The translations under genes were made by a program, and so were the position numbers. The notes below the pieces were generated by a model. The model searched no databases. It worked only from the letters and a program-made list of their open reading frames with translations, and had not been told where the DNA came from. Source: an uncultured Chloroflexia bacterium (GTDB taxonomy: Bacteria; Chloroflexota; Limnocylindria; Limnocylindrales; CSP1-4). From it: 64,000 bases of DNA. Below are positions 55,701-64,000 of the stretch, in pieces. Location of the stretch: contig CAVVCZ010000006.1 in NCBI GenBank assembly GCA_963746845.1, forward strand, positions 64,001 through 128,000. The letters run 5' to 3'. Positions within the stretch are counted from its first letter, which is position 1. Each line of letters opens with the position of its first letter.

Positions 55701-58686
55701 CGACCTGCTGGAGAAGCGATCGCGGGTCGCGGGTCGCGGTGATCTCGGCGGCGATCTCACGGAGCGACTGCTCCGCGTCCGCGCGCCGCGCGAGCTCCGT
55801 CGACGACCGGTCGAGCTCCTCGATCAGGCGGGCGTTCTGGATCGCGATCGCCGCCTGGTCGGCGAGTCCCTGGAGCAGGTCCGCCTGGGCCTCCGTGTAC
55901 TGGTCGGGCTGCACGCTGCTGACCGAGATCGACCCGAGCGACCCGGATTCGCCGCGGAGGGGCGCCGCGAGGACGGACCGGAAGCCGGTCGCCCGGACGA
56001 GCGCATCGGACCGTGCGACGTGCTCGAACCGGGTGTCGACGAGGTAGTCGCCCGACCGGAAGGCCTCGCCCGTGGCAACGGTGCGGCCGGCGATCCCCTC
56101 CCCCAACCGGAACTCGCGGTCGAACCCCTCCTCGCGGGTCCGGATCGCGTCCTCGCCGGAGGCGTAGGCCCAGCGCAGCGTCACCCCGTCGTCGTCGAGC
56201 ATGTCGATCCGGGCCGACGTCGAGTCGAGGAGCCGCCGCGCCTCGTCGACGGTCTGCTGGAGGATCGCATCGGTGTCACGGAGGGCAGAGATGTTCGCCG
56301 CGATCTCGCGGACGGCACGCTCGGCGTCGGCGCGACGGGAGATCTCGACCTTCGAGCGGCCGAGCTCGTCGATCAGGCGGGCGTTCTGGATCGCGACGAC
56401 GACCTGGTCCGCGAAGGCCGCCATCAGCTTGGCGTCCTCGTCGTCGAAGGCGTCGCGCCGGGTGGTGGCGACCTTCAGGACGCCGAGGAGCGTGGACTCC
56501 GACAGGAGCGGCGTCGCGACGACGGACTTGATCCCGACCTTCCTGACGTAGGCATCCGACTCGGGGACGTGCAGGATCCGGGCGTCATCGAGGTAGTCGC
56601 CGGTCACGACGACGCCACGCTCGACGATCGCCGCCGCGTTGATCCCCATCTCGGCCGCGGCCCCCTCGTGCGCGCCCGGGAGATCCAGCCCGAACTCCCC
56701 CTCGCCGGAGGCGGTCGTCCAGCGGATCAGGCCGGTCGCCGGGTCGACGATGTCGAGCTGGGAGCGCTCGGCCGACAGGAGCCGCCGGGCCGCGTCCGTG
56801 ACCTGCTGCAGGAGCTCCGACGGGTCGCGGATCGCCGTGATCGTCGTGGCGATCTCGCGCAGCTCCTGCTCCGCGCGGGCGCGCCGGCGGATCTCCTCCC
56901 CCGAGCGCTCGAGAGCCTCGATCAGGCGCGAGTTGCGGATCGCGATCGCGGCCTGGTGGGCGAGCGCCTCGACGAGCGCGACCTGCTCGGGCTCGAACGC
57001 GGCGATCTCGCTCGCGCCGACCTGGAGCACGCCGAGCATGGCGTCCTCGACGATCAGCGGGGTGATGACCAGGGACCGGACGCCGTCCTGCCCGACGGCC
57101 GCGTCCAGCTCGGGGTCGTGGGTGAACGACAGGTCCGCGAAGTAGTCGTCGACGACCACCGTCCTCCGCTGGTCGATGGCCTGGCCCGACGCCCCGTAGT
57201 GGTACGGCTCGCCGACCTCGTCGACGGCGGCCCCGCCGATGTGGCGCCCGGCCCCGAGGAACGTGTAGCCGACGCGGCCCGCGCCGCGGCCGATCAGGTC
57301 GATCCGGACACGTTCGGCGTGGAGCAGCCGGGCGGTCTCGTCGACAACGTCCTGGAGGAGGTCCGACGGGTCGCGGATCGCGGTGATCCGGGCCGCGATC
57401 TCGCGGAGGGCGCGCTCCTCGTCGGCCCGCTGCCGCTCGGCGGCCCGCGAAGCCGCCAGCGCCTCGATCAGGCGGGCGTTGGTCATCGCGATCGCGGCCT
57501 GTCCGGCCAGCGCCTCGAGCAGGCCGGCATCGGCCTCGTTGAACGCGTCGACCTCGCCGGTGTAGACGGTCAGCGTCCCGAGCGGACCGCGGTCGCCGAC
57601 GAGCGGCACCGCCACCACGGAGCGGATCTGGTACCGACGGACATGCTCGTCCGGCGCGGAGGCGTGCTCGAAGCGGTCGTCGGCCAGATAGTCGCCGGTG
57701 ACGACGGGCCGGAGCTCGCGCACCGCCCGGCCGGAGAGCCCCTCGCCGGCCTTCGCTTCGCCCGTCCCGCCGATCGGGCCCATCCCGGGCCGCCGGCCCG
57801 TCGTGGCGTCGTAGGCCCAGTACAGGGCGCCATCGCGCTCGCTCAACAGGTCGATCCGGGCGCCGTCGGCGCCCAGCAGGGCGGCCGCCTCGTCGACGGC
57901 GAGCTGGAGGACCTCCGCGGGGTCGCGCAGGGCGGTGATCCGGGCGGCGATCTCGCGCAGCGCCCGCTCCGTCTCGGCGCGCCGCTCGACCTCGGCCCGC
58001 GAGCGGTCCAGCTGGTCGATCAGCTCGGCGTTGGCGATGGCAAGCGTCGCGTGGTCCGCGAGGGCCTTGACCAGGGCGATCTCGGCTTCGCCGTAGGCGC
58101 CGACCCGCGGCGTGTAGGTGCCCATCGCCCCGAAGACACGGTCGCCGGCGATCATCGGCGCGACGATGAACGAGCGGATCCCGAGCGTCCGGACGAGACG
58201 GTCCGCGCCCTCGAAGTGGACGAAGGACGGGTCGTTCGGGTAGTCGTCGCTGATGACGGTCCGGCGTTCGGCGACGGCTCGCCCGAACATCCCGGCGCCC
58301 GGCTCGACACGCAGCTGGCGGACCCACCGGCGCCGCCGGTCGTCGGTGATCCCCGCGTCGTCGGCGAACTGGAGGATGCCCGTCGCGGGGTCGAGGAGAT
58401 ACGCGAGCGCGCCGGCAGAGTGCAGGAGCCGGGCGGCCTCCTCCAGGGCGTGGTGGAGGATCGCCTGGTTCTCGGGAGTGACCAGCCCGGCCGCGTCGGA
58501 CGAGAGGTCGAGCCCGTCGCCGCCGTGCCCGTCGAGGTCGGCGACGGTCGGATCGGCCTCGATCGGGGTCGTCGTCGAGGGTTTCTTCGCCTTCGGCTTC
58601 GTCGGCTCGGGCTTCGCCGGCTTCGGAGGCTGAGTCGGCTTCGCATCCCGGCGCCCTGGCGCGCGACGCGGACGGGTGGTGGCCAC
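52702..58686 (-). CDS. Giant cytoplasmic sensor kinase: 8 GAF + 2 PAS + HisKA_3 + HATPase
   Basis: Eight LQ..VDEA.RLL...LADQAAIA repeats; two PAS (NSPD/NAPD...RD); ARELHDSVTQ, EALHNVVKHA, DDGKGF, HLGL. Start uncertain (58686-58920). Confidence 0.92.
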   Translation of the reverse strand: MATTRPRRAPGRRDAKPTQPPKPAKPEPTKPKAKKPSTTTPIEADPTVADLDGHGGDGLDLSSDAAGLVTPENQAILHHALEEAARLLHSAGALAYLLDPATGILQFADDAGITDDRRRRWVRQLRVEPGAGMFGRAVAERRTVISDDYPNDPSFVHFEGADRLVRTLGIRSFIVAPMIAGDRVFGAMGTYTPRVGAYGEAEIALVKALADHATLAIANAELIDQLDRSRAEVERRAETERALREIAARITALRDPAEVLQLAVDEAAALLGADGARIDLLSERDGALYWAYDATTGRRPGMGPIGGTGEAKAGEGLSGRAVRELRPVVTGDYLADDRFEHASAPDEHVRRYQIRSVVAVPLVGDRGPLGTLTVYTGEVDAFNEADAGLLEALAGQAAIAMTNARLIEALAASRAAERQRADEERALREIAARITAIRDPSDLLQDVVDETARLLHAERVRIDLIGRGAGRVGYTFLGAGRHIGGAAVDEVGEPYHYGASGQAIDQRRTVVVDDYFADLSFTHDPELDAAVGQDGVRSLVITPLIVEDAMLGVLQVGASEIAAFEPEQVALVEALAHQAAIAIRNSRLIEALERSGEEIRRRARAEQELREIATTITAIRDPSELLQQVTDAARRLLSAERSQLDIVDPATGLIRWTTASGEGEFGLDLPGAHEGAAAEMGINAAAIVERGVVVTGDYLDDARILHVPESDAYVRKVGIKSVVATPLLSESTLLGVLKVATTRRDAFDDEDAKLMAAFADQVVVAIQNARLIDELGRSKVEISRRADAERAVREIAANISALRDTDAILQQTVDEARRLLDSTSARIDMLDDDGVTLRWAYASGEDAIRTREEGFDREFRLGEGIAGRTVATGEAFRSGDYLVDTRFEHVARSDALVRATGFRSVLAAPLRGESGSLGSISVSSVQPDQYTEAQADLLQGLADQAAIAIQNARLIEELDRSSTELARRADAEQSLREIAAEITATRDPRSLLQQVVDAAQRLVGADGSVLDLLDPGAGVLRWTYDSGIGALFTPEEIAELTIPVGVGATGVAVAENRLVTASDDLGLHFPPSAVNDRFFGVTGFRSMIIAPISGEAGPLGALEVYSRASGAFDADDAGVIRSLAAQAAIAITNTRLIEELNQSRRDISRRAEAERSLREIAARITAIRDTPELLQHVADEAARLLGSDGAIIDLLDPISGTIAMGYVGGLDEERSRRWETTRVGEDIVRRTIAGRAPLFTIDYLGDPRFAPDADGAAVAKEIGLRAIAIAPLVSERGALGTLAVFSSTPGTFGADEANLLGALADQAAIAMLNARLIDELERSQRELAARAETERSLRDIASRITSLGDPGELLARVVEESRRLLGSDGAHLTRMSDDGTFLVPVIVAGGMDSDTEDWLKGMQFPLGGGINGLAALEVQPVWTYDYANDPRIPHEPDDELAAERLQLRALAAAPLRAPAGEVIGTLAVSYARPREILPDELDLLQGLADQAAIALTNANLYELLGESEARYRNLVQNSPDLVWSIDADARFTFVSDSTSRRLTGWGADELLGKHFGALVHESSREVAEIDWTVGLAADDGSGGRELRGRVNLLHKDGHPIPTEFIAFATRDETGHFGGANGSVRDMSEQTRLERELRESEERYRFLVENAPDVVFSTDDQGVFTFLSETIETMTGYLQTELVGQHFSRIIDPASLEVAVDRWTQLVAEPSARQVVKLELLRKDGGTVAVEVSSIGATVDGVFTGIHGATRDITERERLERDLMRQAGELASSQERAHLARELHDSVTQALFSMTLITRSTELLVDRDPAAAKEKLGSLRDLQREALAEMRALIFELRPGNLENDGLLLALRTHASALQGRIGLPIVVTSDLGDRLPLALEEVLYRISQEALHNVVKHAGARQVELTVGRKGGAVVLRIRDDGKGFDAASVPDGHLGLAGMRARAEKIGARFDVDSRIGDGTTIVVTVPPEAIARAADESAPSGETVASIRASAE

Positions 58687-58937
58687 GACCTGAGGATATC
58701 CGACCGTTTTCGCTTCCCGCGATCGACCGTGGGCGGGCCCGTCTACGTCATTCGTCGCGTTCCGAGGTCGTCTGGTCGCCGAGCGGAGACGGCCCATCGA
58801 CGGTCGGCGGCCGCGGCCAACGTCACGCCGCCTTGTCGACGGCAGCCGACGGCCGGTGCCACGACCCGGGATCGACGATGCGACCCGACGCCGACGAACC
58901 GGCGACACCCCCTCCACCACAGAGGTACCGCTCCGCC

Positions 58938-59363
58938 ATGAACCCCCGCAGCAGCCTGCGCCCGCTCGACGTGGTCATCCGGATCGCGATCGTCGGTCTC
59001 GTCCTCGGCACCGCCTACATCCACTCGACGCTCGGCGGTCTCCTGTTCACGCTCAACGCCACCGGCTATCTTGTCGCCGCAGTCGCGATCGTCATCCCGC
59101 TCGGGCTCGCGATCCGCTTCCGCTGGTTCATCCGCCTGGGCCTCATGGGCTACGCGGCGACCGCGATCGTCGCCTGGGCCATCCAGGGTCCGTACTACAC
59201 CACCGCCTACATCGCGAAGGCGATCGAGGTCACGCTGATCCTCCTGCTGGCGGTCGACTTCGCCCGCATGGACGGCAACCCGATCAACGTCGTCAAGAGC
59301 GAGCTCGGCCTGCTGGCCTCGAAGATGGGTCGCCGCCCGGCCACGAGCCAGGCCGGCGCCTGA
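58938..59363 (+). CDS. Four-TM membrane protein
   Basis: TAYIH, FTLNATGY, KAIEV; start MNPRSS. Confidence 0.75.
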   Translation: MNPRSSLRPLDVVIRIAIVGLVLGTAYIHSTLGGLLFTLNATGYLVAAVAIVIPLGLAIRFRWFIRLGLMGYAATAIVAWAIQGPYYTTAYIAKAIEVTLILLLAVDFARMDGNPINVVKSELGLLASKMGRRPATSQAGA

Positions 59364-59440
59364 TCCCACAGCCCACGGGACCCGATCCGCTCGGGTCGGG
59401 TCCCGACCTCCAACCCCGTCGCATCACGGAGCTGCCAGAC

Positions 59441-59821
59441 ATGAAGCGCCTCGTCCTCACGCTCGGGCTCGTCGCCATCGCCGCGATCAGCGCGGCCTGC
59501 TCGACCGCCGCCGCCCAGCCCGCCCCGTCCGGCCCGATCGACCCGAACGGCCCGACCATCGTCGCCAAGGACATGAAGTTCCAGACGCCGTCGGTCGAGG
59601 TCAAGGCCGGCGAGAACGTCACGATCCACTTCGACAACCAGGACTCCGCGCCGCACAACGTCGGGATCTACGCCGACAGCAGCGCGTCCAAGTCGATCTC
59701 GGTGGGCGAAGTCGTGAGCTCCGCCAAGGCCGACCAGGTCGTGCCGGCGCTCCAGCCCGGGACGTACTTCTTCCGGTGCGACGTCCACCACGACATGACG
59801 GGGACGATCGTCGCCAAGTAA
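59441..59821 (+). CDS. Cupredoxin-domain lipoprotein
   Basis: Lipobox SAAC; PHN and FRCDVHHDMTG type-1 copper ligands. Confidence 0.9.
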   Translation: MKRLVLTLGLVAIAAISAACSTAAAQPAPSGPIDPNGPTIVAKDMKFQTPSVEVKAGENVTIHFDNQDSAPHNVGIYADSSASKSISVGEVVSSAKADQVVPALQPGTYFFRCDVHHDMTGTIVAK

Positions 59822-59850
59822 GGCGCACCGGCGGCTCCCGCACCCGTTGG

Positions 59851-59878
59851 CGACCCCGGGCCTTCTGGCCCGGGGTCG
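59851..59878 (+). terminator. Hairpin after the cupredoxin gene
   Basis: CGACCCCGGGCC-TTCT-GGCCCGGGGTCG perfect stem. Confidence 0.6.
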
Positions 59879-59941
59879 TCGGATTCCCCGGGACAATGGG
59901 GCCGGTTACCCGCGGTCTCGAGATCTTGCCGACCTGACCTC

Positions 59942-59979
59942 TTGACAGGCGTTCGCGACGATGTATTGTATTAATACAA
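59942..59979 (+). promoter_or_regulatory. Promoter overlapped by a perfect 14-bp palindromic operator
   Basis: TTGACA-N16-TATTGT; TTGTATTAATACAA 59966-59979. Confidence 0.72.
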
Positions 59980-60019
59980 CGTATCCTTGCTAGACCACGC
60001 TGACTCGAGGGACAGATCG

Positions 60020-60547
60020 ATGCCACATCCGTTCGCCCGCCTCTGGCGGGCCATGCCGGACGCGACCCGCCGGACCCGCAGGTTCTGGGTGATCCTCGCC
60101 TTCGTCGGCTACCCGCTGATGAACGTCGGGTACGCGACGCTCGTCGCGTCCGGCCGGATCTCCACGACGGTCTGGGCGCCGATCGCGATCCTCCTGTTCT
60201 CGGCGACTCTCGCCGGGGTCGTGGCCATCTACGGCTATGCCCGCGACCGGGCATCCATGGATGCCGATCTCGACGAACGCCAGCAGCGGGTCCGCGACCA
60301 GGCCTGGATCGCGGCATACGGTGTGCTGACGACCGTGGTCGTCGTGGTCACGCTGTGGCTCGTCGTCCTCGTCTCGTTCAACGGACCGGTCTCGATCGGG
60401 ATGGACGTCCTGACCCCGGTCGGGATCGCGCTCGGGCTGTACCTTCCGATCCTGCCCGCAGCGACGCTCGCATGGAGCGAGCCCGAGACCCTCCGCGACG
60501 AGCCGGACGTCGCCCGCCCGGCGGCCGACGGTTCGGCCGGCCGATGA
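60020..60547 (+). CDS. Membrane protein with LDERQ..RD motif (XRE-associated sensor-like)
   Basis: Four TM; DLDERQQRVRDQAW..AY; terminal AWSEPE. Confidence 0.72.
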   Translation: MPHPFARLWRAMPDATRRTRRFWVILAFVGYPLMNVGYATLVASGRISTTVWAPIAILLFSATLAGVVAIYGYARDRASMDADLDERQQRVRDQAWIAAYGVLTTVVVVVTLWLVVLVSFNGPVSIGMDVLTPVGIALGLYLPILPAATLAWSEPETLRDEPDVARPAADGSAGR

Positions 60548-60825
60548 CCCGCCGGCCCGCGACGCCGATCCACAACCGGATCGCCGTGCTGCGCGCTGAA
60601 CGCGGCCTCTCCCGCCAGGACGTCGCCGACGCGCTCGGGATCAACTACCAGACCGTGGGCTACATCGAACGAGGGGAGTACAACCCGAGCCTCGACCTCG
60701 CCTTCGCGATCGCGGCGTTGTTCGGGCTCCCGCTCGAGGCGGTGTTCTCTGCGACGCCGTTCGAGCCGATGTCGGCCAGACTGTACCCACGCGTCGACCC
60801 CGCGGAGTCCGCCCGAAATGCTTGA
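60544..60825 (+). CDS. XRE family HTH regulator
   Basis: NRIAVLRAERGLSRQDVADALGINYQTVGYIERGEYNPSLDLA. Confidence 0.92.
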   Translation: MTRRPATPIHNRIAVLRAERGLSRQDVADALGINYQTVGYIERGEYNPSLDLAFAIAALFGLPLEAVFSATPFEPMSARLYPRVDPAESARNA

Positions 60826-61708
60826 GATCGCTGACCTGTCCAAGGCCTACGGCCCCGTCGTCGCCCTCGATCGGGCGACCTTCTCGGTGCGCCCCGGGCG
60901 GCTCGTCGGATTCCTGGGCCCGAACGGAGCCGGCAAGACGACGACGATGCGGTGCATCTTCGGGCTCGCGCAGCCGGATCGAGGGACGATCACCTGGCAG
61001 GGCCAGCCGATCGAACGAGCCGAGCGGCTGCGGTTCGGGTACATGCCCGAGCAGCGCGGTCTCTATCCGCGCATGAAGGTCGTCGACCAGCTCGCCTACT
61101 TCGCGGAGCTCCACGGCATGCCGGCACCCGGCGCCCGGGCCGCCGCAAGGCGCTGGCTCGACGGGCTCGAGCTCACCGACCGCGCCAGCTCCAAGCTCGA
61201 GACGCTGTCGCACGGCAACCAGCAGCGGGTCCAGCTTGGCGCGGCGCTCGTCCACGACCCGGAGCTGCTCGTCCTCGACGAGCCTTTCAGCGGCCTCGAT
61301 CCACTGGGGATCGAAACGATGTCGAACATCCTCCGGGCCCGCGCTGCCCAGGGCGTGGCGGTCGTCTTCTCGAGCCATCAGCTCGACCTCGTCGAGGACC
61401 TGTGCGAGGACGTCGTGATCATCAACCGCGGCCGAATCGCCGCCGCGGGCGCGATCGACGAGCTGCGGGCGGCGTCGACGCGGCGGCACCTCGAGGTCGA
61501 GGTCGAGGGCAACGCCAACCGCTGGCTCGAGCAGTGCCCGGAGCTGACGGTCGAGGAGACGCGAGCCGACTTCGCTCGGCTGGTCGTGCCGTCGGGGATC
61601 GACCTGGCCGGCGTCCTGGCGACCGCGTCGGCGGCTGGGCCGATCCGGCGGTTCGCCTATCAGCCGCCGACCCTGTCCGAGCTGTTCCTGGAGGTCGTGC
61701 GGGCATGA
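60818..61708 (+). CDS. ABC-2 transporter ATP-binding protein (YhaQ/NatA-like)
   Basis: GPNGAGKTT, LSHGNQQR, LDEPFSGLDP, SSH. Confidence 0.93.
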   Translation: MLEIADLSKAYGPVVALDRATFSVRPGRLVGFLGPNGAGKTTTMRCIFGLAQPDRGTITWQGQPIERAERLRFGYMPEQRGLYPRMKVVDQLAYFAELHGMPAPGARAAARRWLDGLELTDRASSKLETLSHGNQQRVQLGAALVHDPELLVLDEPFSGLDPLGIETMSNILRARAAQGVAVVFSSHQLDLVEDLCEDVVIINRGRIAAAGAIDELRAASTRRHLEVEVEGNANRWLEQCPELTVEETRADFARLVVPSGIDLAGVLATASAAGPIRRFAYQPPTLSELFLEVVRA

Positions 61709-62838
61709 GCCGGTGGCGCACCATCTGGCTGGTCGGCAAGCGCGAGCTGATCGAGCGTGGGCGGAGCCGCGGCTTCGTGTTCGGGCTCGCGCTGTCCGTG
61801 GCGATCATCGTCGCGGGCGTGATCCTGCCGTCGCTGATCGGCGACAAGTCGACCCAGCATCTCGGGATCGTCGGGTCCCCGCCGGCCGGCTTGACGGACA
61901 CGCTCCAGCAGACCGCCGGGGTCGTCTCGCTCGACGTGCGGATCGAGCCGGTCCCGGACGTCGCCGTCGGAGAGGGCAAGCTCCGCGACGGCTCGCTCGA
62001 CGCGGTCCTCGTCATCCCGCCCGACGGCTCGACGCCGTCGTATGTCGTCAAGACCCGCGGCGACCCGTTGCTCCAGCAAGTGGTGGCGGCCGCGTTCACG
62101 ACGCCGCCGCAGGTCGCGTTCCGCGAGCTGGAGCCGAGCGACCCGAACCACGACACGTCGTTCGTGTTCGCCAACATCGGCGTCATCCTGCTGTTCATCT
62201 CGATCTTCACGTTCGGGACCTGGGTCCTGACCGGGGTCGTCGAGGAGAAGCAGAGCCGCGTCGTCGAGGTCGTGCTGTCCACGGTCCCACCGCGCGACCT
62301 GCTGATCGGGAAGGTCGGCGGGATCGGGCTGCTCGGGATCCTCCAGCTGATCGTGATGGTCGGGGTCGGGGTCGGGGTCGGCGTTGCGCTGCACCGGTTC
62401 ACCCTGCCCACGACGACCCCGTCGGCGATCGCGATGCTCCTGCTCTGGTTCGTCCTGGGCTACGCCTTCTACGCGACCGCCCTCGCGGTCCTCGGGGCGC
62501 TCGCCTCACGCATGGAGGAGGCATCGAACGCCTCGAGCCCGGTGTCGTTCCTCGCGGTGGCCGCCTACCTGTTCGCGCTGTTCGTCGCGCTGAACAACCC
62601 GTCAGGCGCGGCCGCGACGATCGCGACGTTCCTGCCACCGGTCGCGCCGATGGTGGTGCCGCTTCGGGCGGCGCTCGGGGCGATCGAGCCGTGGGAGGTC
62701 GTCTTGTCGGTGATCATCATGCTGATCGCGATCTGGGCGCTGTTCGTCGCCGGCGGCCGGATCTACTCGGGCGCGGTGCTGCAGACAGGCGCCCGGATGC
62801 GTCTGCGCGACGCCTGGCGCGCGTCCGGCCGCGGCTGA
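61705..62838 (+). CDS. ABC-2 transporter permease (YhaP/NatB-like)
   Basis: GVVEEKQSRVVEVVLS, GKV.G, multiple TM. Confidence 0.9.
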   Translation: MSRWRTIWLVGKRELIERGRSRGFVFGLALSVAIIVAGVILPSLIGDKSTQHLGIVGSPPAGLTDTLQQTAGVVSLDVRIEPVPDVAVGEGKLRDGSLDAVLVIPPDGSTPSYVVKTRGDPLLQQVVAAAFTTPPQVAFRELEPSDPNHDTSFVFANIGVILLFISIFTFGTWVLTGVVEEKQSRVVEVVLSTVPPRDLLIGKVGGIGLLGILQLIVMVGVGVGVGVALHRFTLPTTTPSAIAMLLLWFVLGYAFYATALAVLGALASRMEEASNASSPVSFLAVAAYLFALFVALNNPSGAAATIATFLPPVAPMVVPLRAALGAIEPWEVVLSVIIMLIAIWALFVAGGRIYSGAVLQTGARMRLRDAWRASGRG

Positions 62839-62862
62839 CGGGGCGCCCCGCGCCGCGGCGGG

Positions 62863-63852
62863 CTAGGTCATCCGCTCGAACAGGCCGGGCCCGCCCCCGG
62901 CATGCCAGAACACCACGGGGCCCTCGAGGCGTCCGTCGCGGACCCGCGCGACGAGACCCGCCAGGGCCTTCGCCGTGTAGATCGGGTCGACGAAGATCCC
63001 CTCGGTCCGTGCGAGGAGCCGGGTGGCCTCGTCGGCCGCCTCGGTCGGTCGGCCGTAGCCCTCGCCGAGCTGGTCGTCTTCGAGGATGACGGCGTCCGGC
63101 GCGACGGTCGCGCCGGCGAGCGGTGCGAGCCCGTCCAGGAGCGCCAGGATCGTTGGCCTGAGCTCGGCGGACGGCGCCGCGACGGCGATCCCGAGCACCG
63201 TCCGCGCCGGGGGCGCCGCGAGGGCCAGACCGGTGGCCACGCCGGCGTGGGTCCCGCCGGTGGCCGACGGCAGGACGACCGTCGCCGCGGCGATCCCGGC
63301 GGCCGCCAGCTGGTCCGCGAGCTCGAGACCGGCGAGGACCTGACCCGCCGCGCCCATCGGACCCGTCCCGCCGACGCCGATCACGAACGGCCGCCGTCCG
63401 TCGGCCCGCAGCGCCGCCGCGAGCCGATCCACGGTCGCGGCACGGTCGGCGCGATCGTCGGTCGCGGTGACGTGGATCGTCGCACCGAGGAGCTCGTCGA
63501 GCCGCTGGTTCGGGCCCTCCGTGCCGGGCGCGGGCGGCGGGCCGGTGAGGACGAGATGGACGTCGAGCCCGGCCCGGGCGCCGGCCGCGGTCGTGAGCCG
63601 GCAGTGGTTCGACCAGCGGCGCCCGGACGTGATCAGCGTGTCCGCCCCCTCCGCCAGCGCGGCGCCGACGAGGAACTCGAGGTTCCGGAGCTTGTTCCCG
63701 CCGAACGCGAGCGGCAGGAGGTCCTCCCGCTTGATCCAGACCTCGGCCCCGCCGCCGAGGGCGGACGAGAGCCGGCGCAGCGGCGTCAGGGGCGACGGCC
63801 CGTCGAGCAGGGCGAACCGCGGCAGGGCGGCGATCGCGGGCGGGATGACCAT
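62863..63852 (-). CDS. D-cysteine desulfhydrase/ACC deaminase family PLP enzyme
   Basis: WIKRED...GGNKLRNLEF, SNHCR, SATGGTHAG, DPIYTAKA, FWHAGG. Confidence 0.9.
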   Translation of the reverse strand: MVIPPAIAALPRFALLDGPSPLTPLRRLSSALGGGAEVWIKREDLLPLAFGGNKLRNLEFLVGAALAEGADTLITSGRRWSNHCRLTTAAGARAGLDVHLVLTGPPPAPGTEGPNQRLDELLGATIHVTATDDRADRAATVDRLAAALRADGRRPFVIGVGGTGPMGAAGQVLAGLELADQLAAAGIAAATVVLPSATGGTHAGVATGLALAAPPARTVLGIAVAAPSAELRPTILALLDGLAPLAGATVAPDAVILEDDQLGEGYGRPTEAADEATRLLARTEGIFVDPIYTAKALAGLVARVRDGRLEGPVVFWHAGGGPGLFERMT

Positions 63853-63887
63853 CCGCCGATCGTAGCCGGTGCTAGGCTCGCGGGACC

Positions 63888-64000
63888 GTGAGCGATCCCA
63901 TCCACCGGGTCCTGTACCGCGACGCCGCGCTCGCCGACGGACGGAGCGACCGGCTGCAGGTCGGCGTCAGCATCCTCGTCGAGGGTGACCGGATCGCGTG
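63888..64000 (+). CDS. 5' end of a probable amidohydrolase family gene (truncated by the window)
   Basis: VLYRDAALADG...SILVEGDRIA N-terminal beta pattern. Confidence 0.6.
   Translation, partial: MSDPIHRVLYRDAALADGRSDRLQVGVSILVEGDRIA

Noticed and set aside
52636-58941. 2101-aa ORF on the + strand
   Set aside because: Antisense shadow of the GAF/PAS kinase; no recognisable motifs, and such frames are expected at this GC content
62863-63852. Specific call as acdS or dcyD
   Set aside because: The family is clear but I cannot assign substrate specificity from the sequence

Overview
Very GC-rich (roughly 70%+ by eye), gene-dense bacterial chromosome segment. Gene content and style suggest a high-GC Chloroflexota (Limnocylindria-like) or actinobacteria-like organism; this is inference. 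About 65 CDSs are supportable; most other ORFs in the track are GC shadow frames. I see no rRNA, tRNA, CRISPR array, transposase or integrase. Housekeeping and stress genes include UvrD2-HRDC, a cold-shock protein, an RpoD-like sigma, a DEAD-box helicase, PspC/toast-rack and DUF2089/DUF4097 envelope-stress operons, several MFS/ABC/SulP transporters, a WYL regulator and an 8xGAF-2xPAS kinase with two response regulators. Three candidates for undescribed biology stand out. (1) A cytoplasmic three-gene operon at 9142-15202: clostripain-like protease, alpha/beta-hydrolase::subtilase fusion and MBL hydrolase, resembling a protease-activated defence/cell-death cascade. (2) A GIY-YIG-like nuclease domain fused to an intact GreA (50039-51280). 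(3) An ApbE/ferric-reductase/NuoF-like/ferredoxin operon bracketed by two disordered membrane-tethered proteins ending in ATTGGS, a possible flavinylation motif (22105-25917). All calls come from reading motifs by eye; no database searches were run, and several start codons are my re-assignments.
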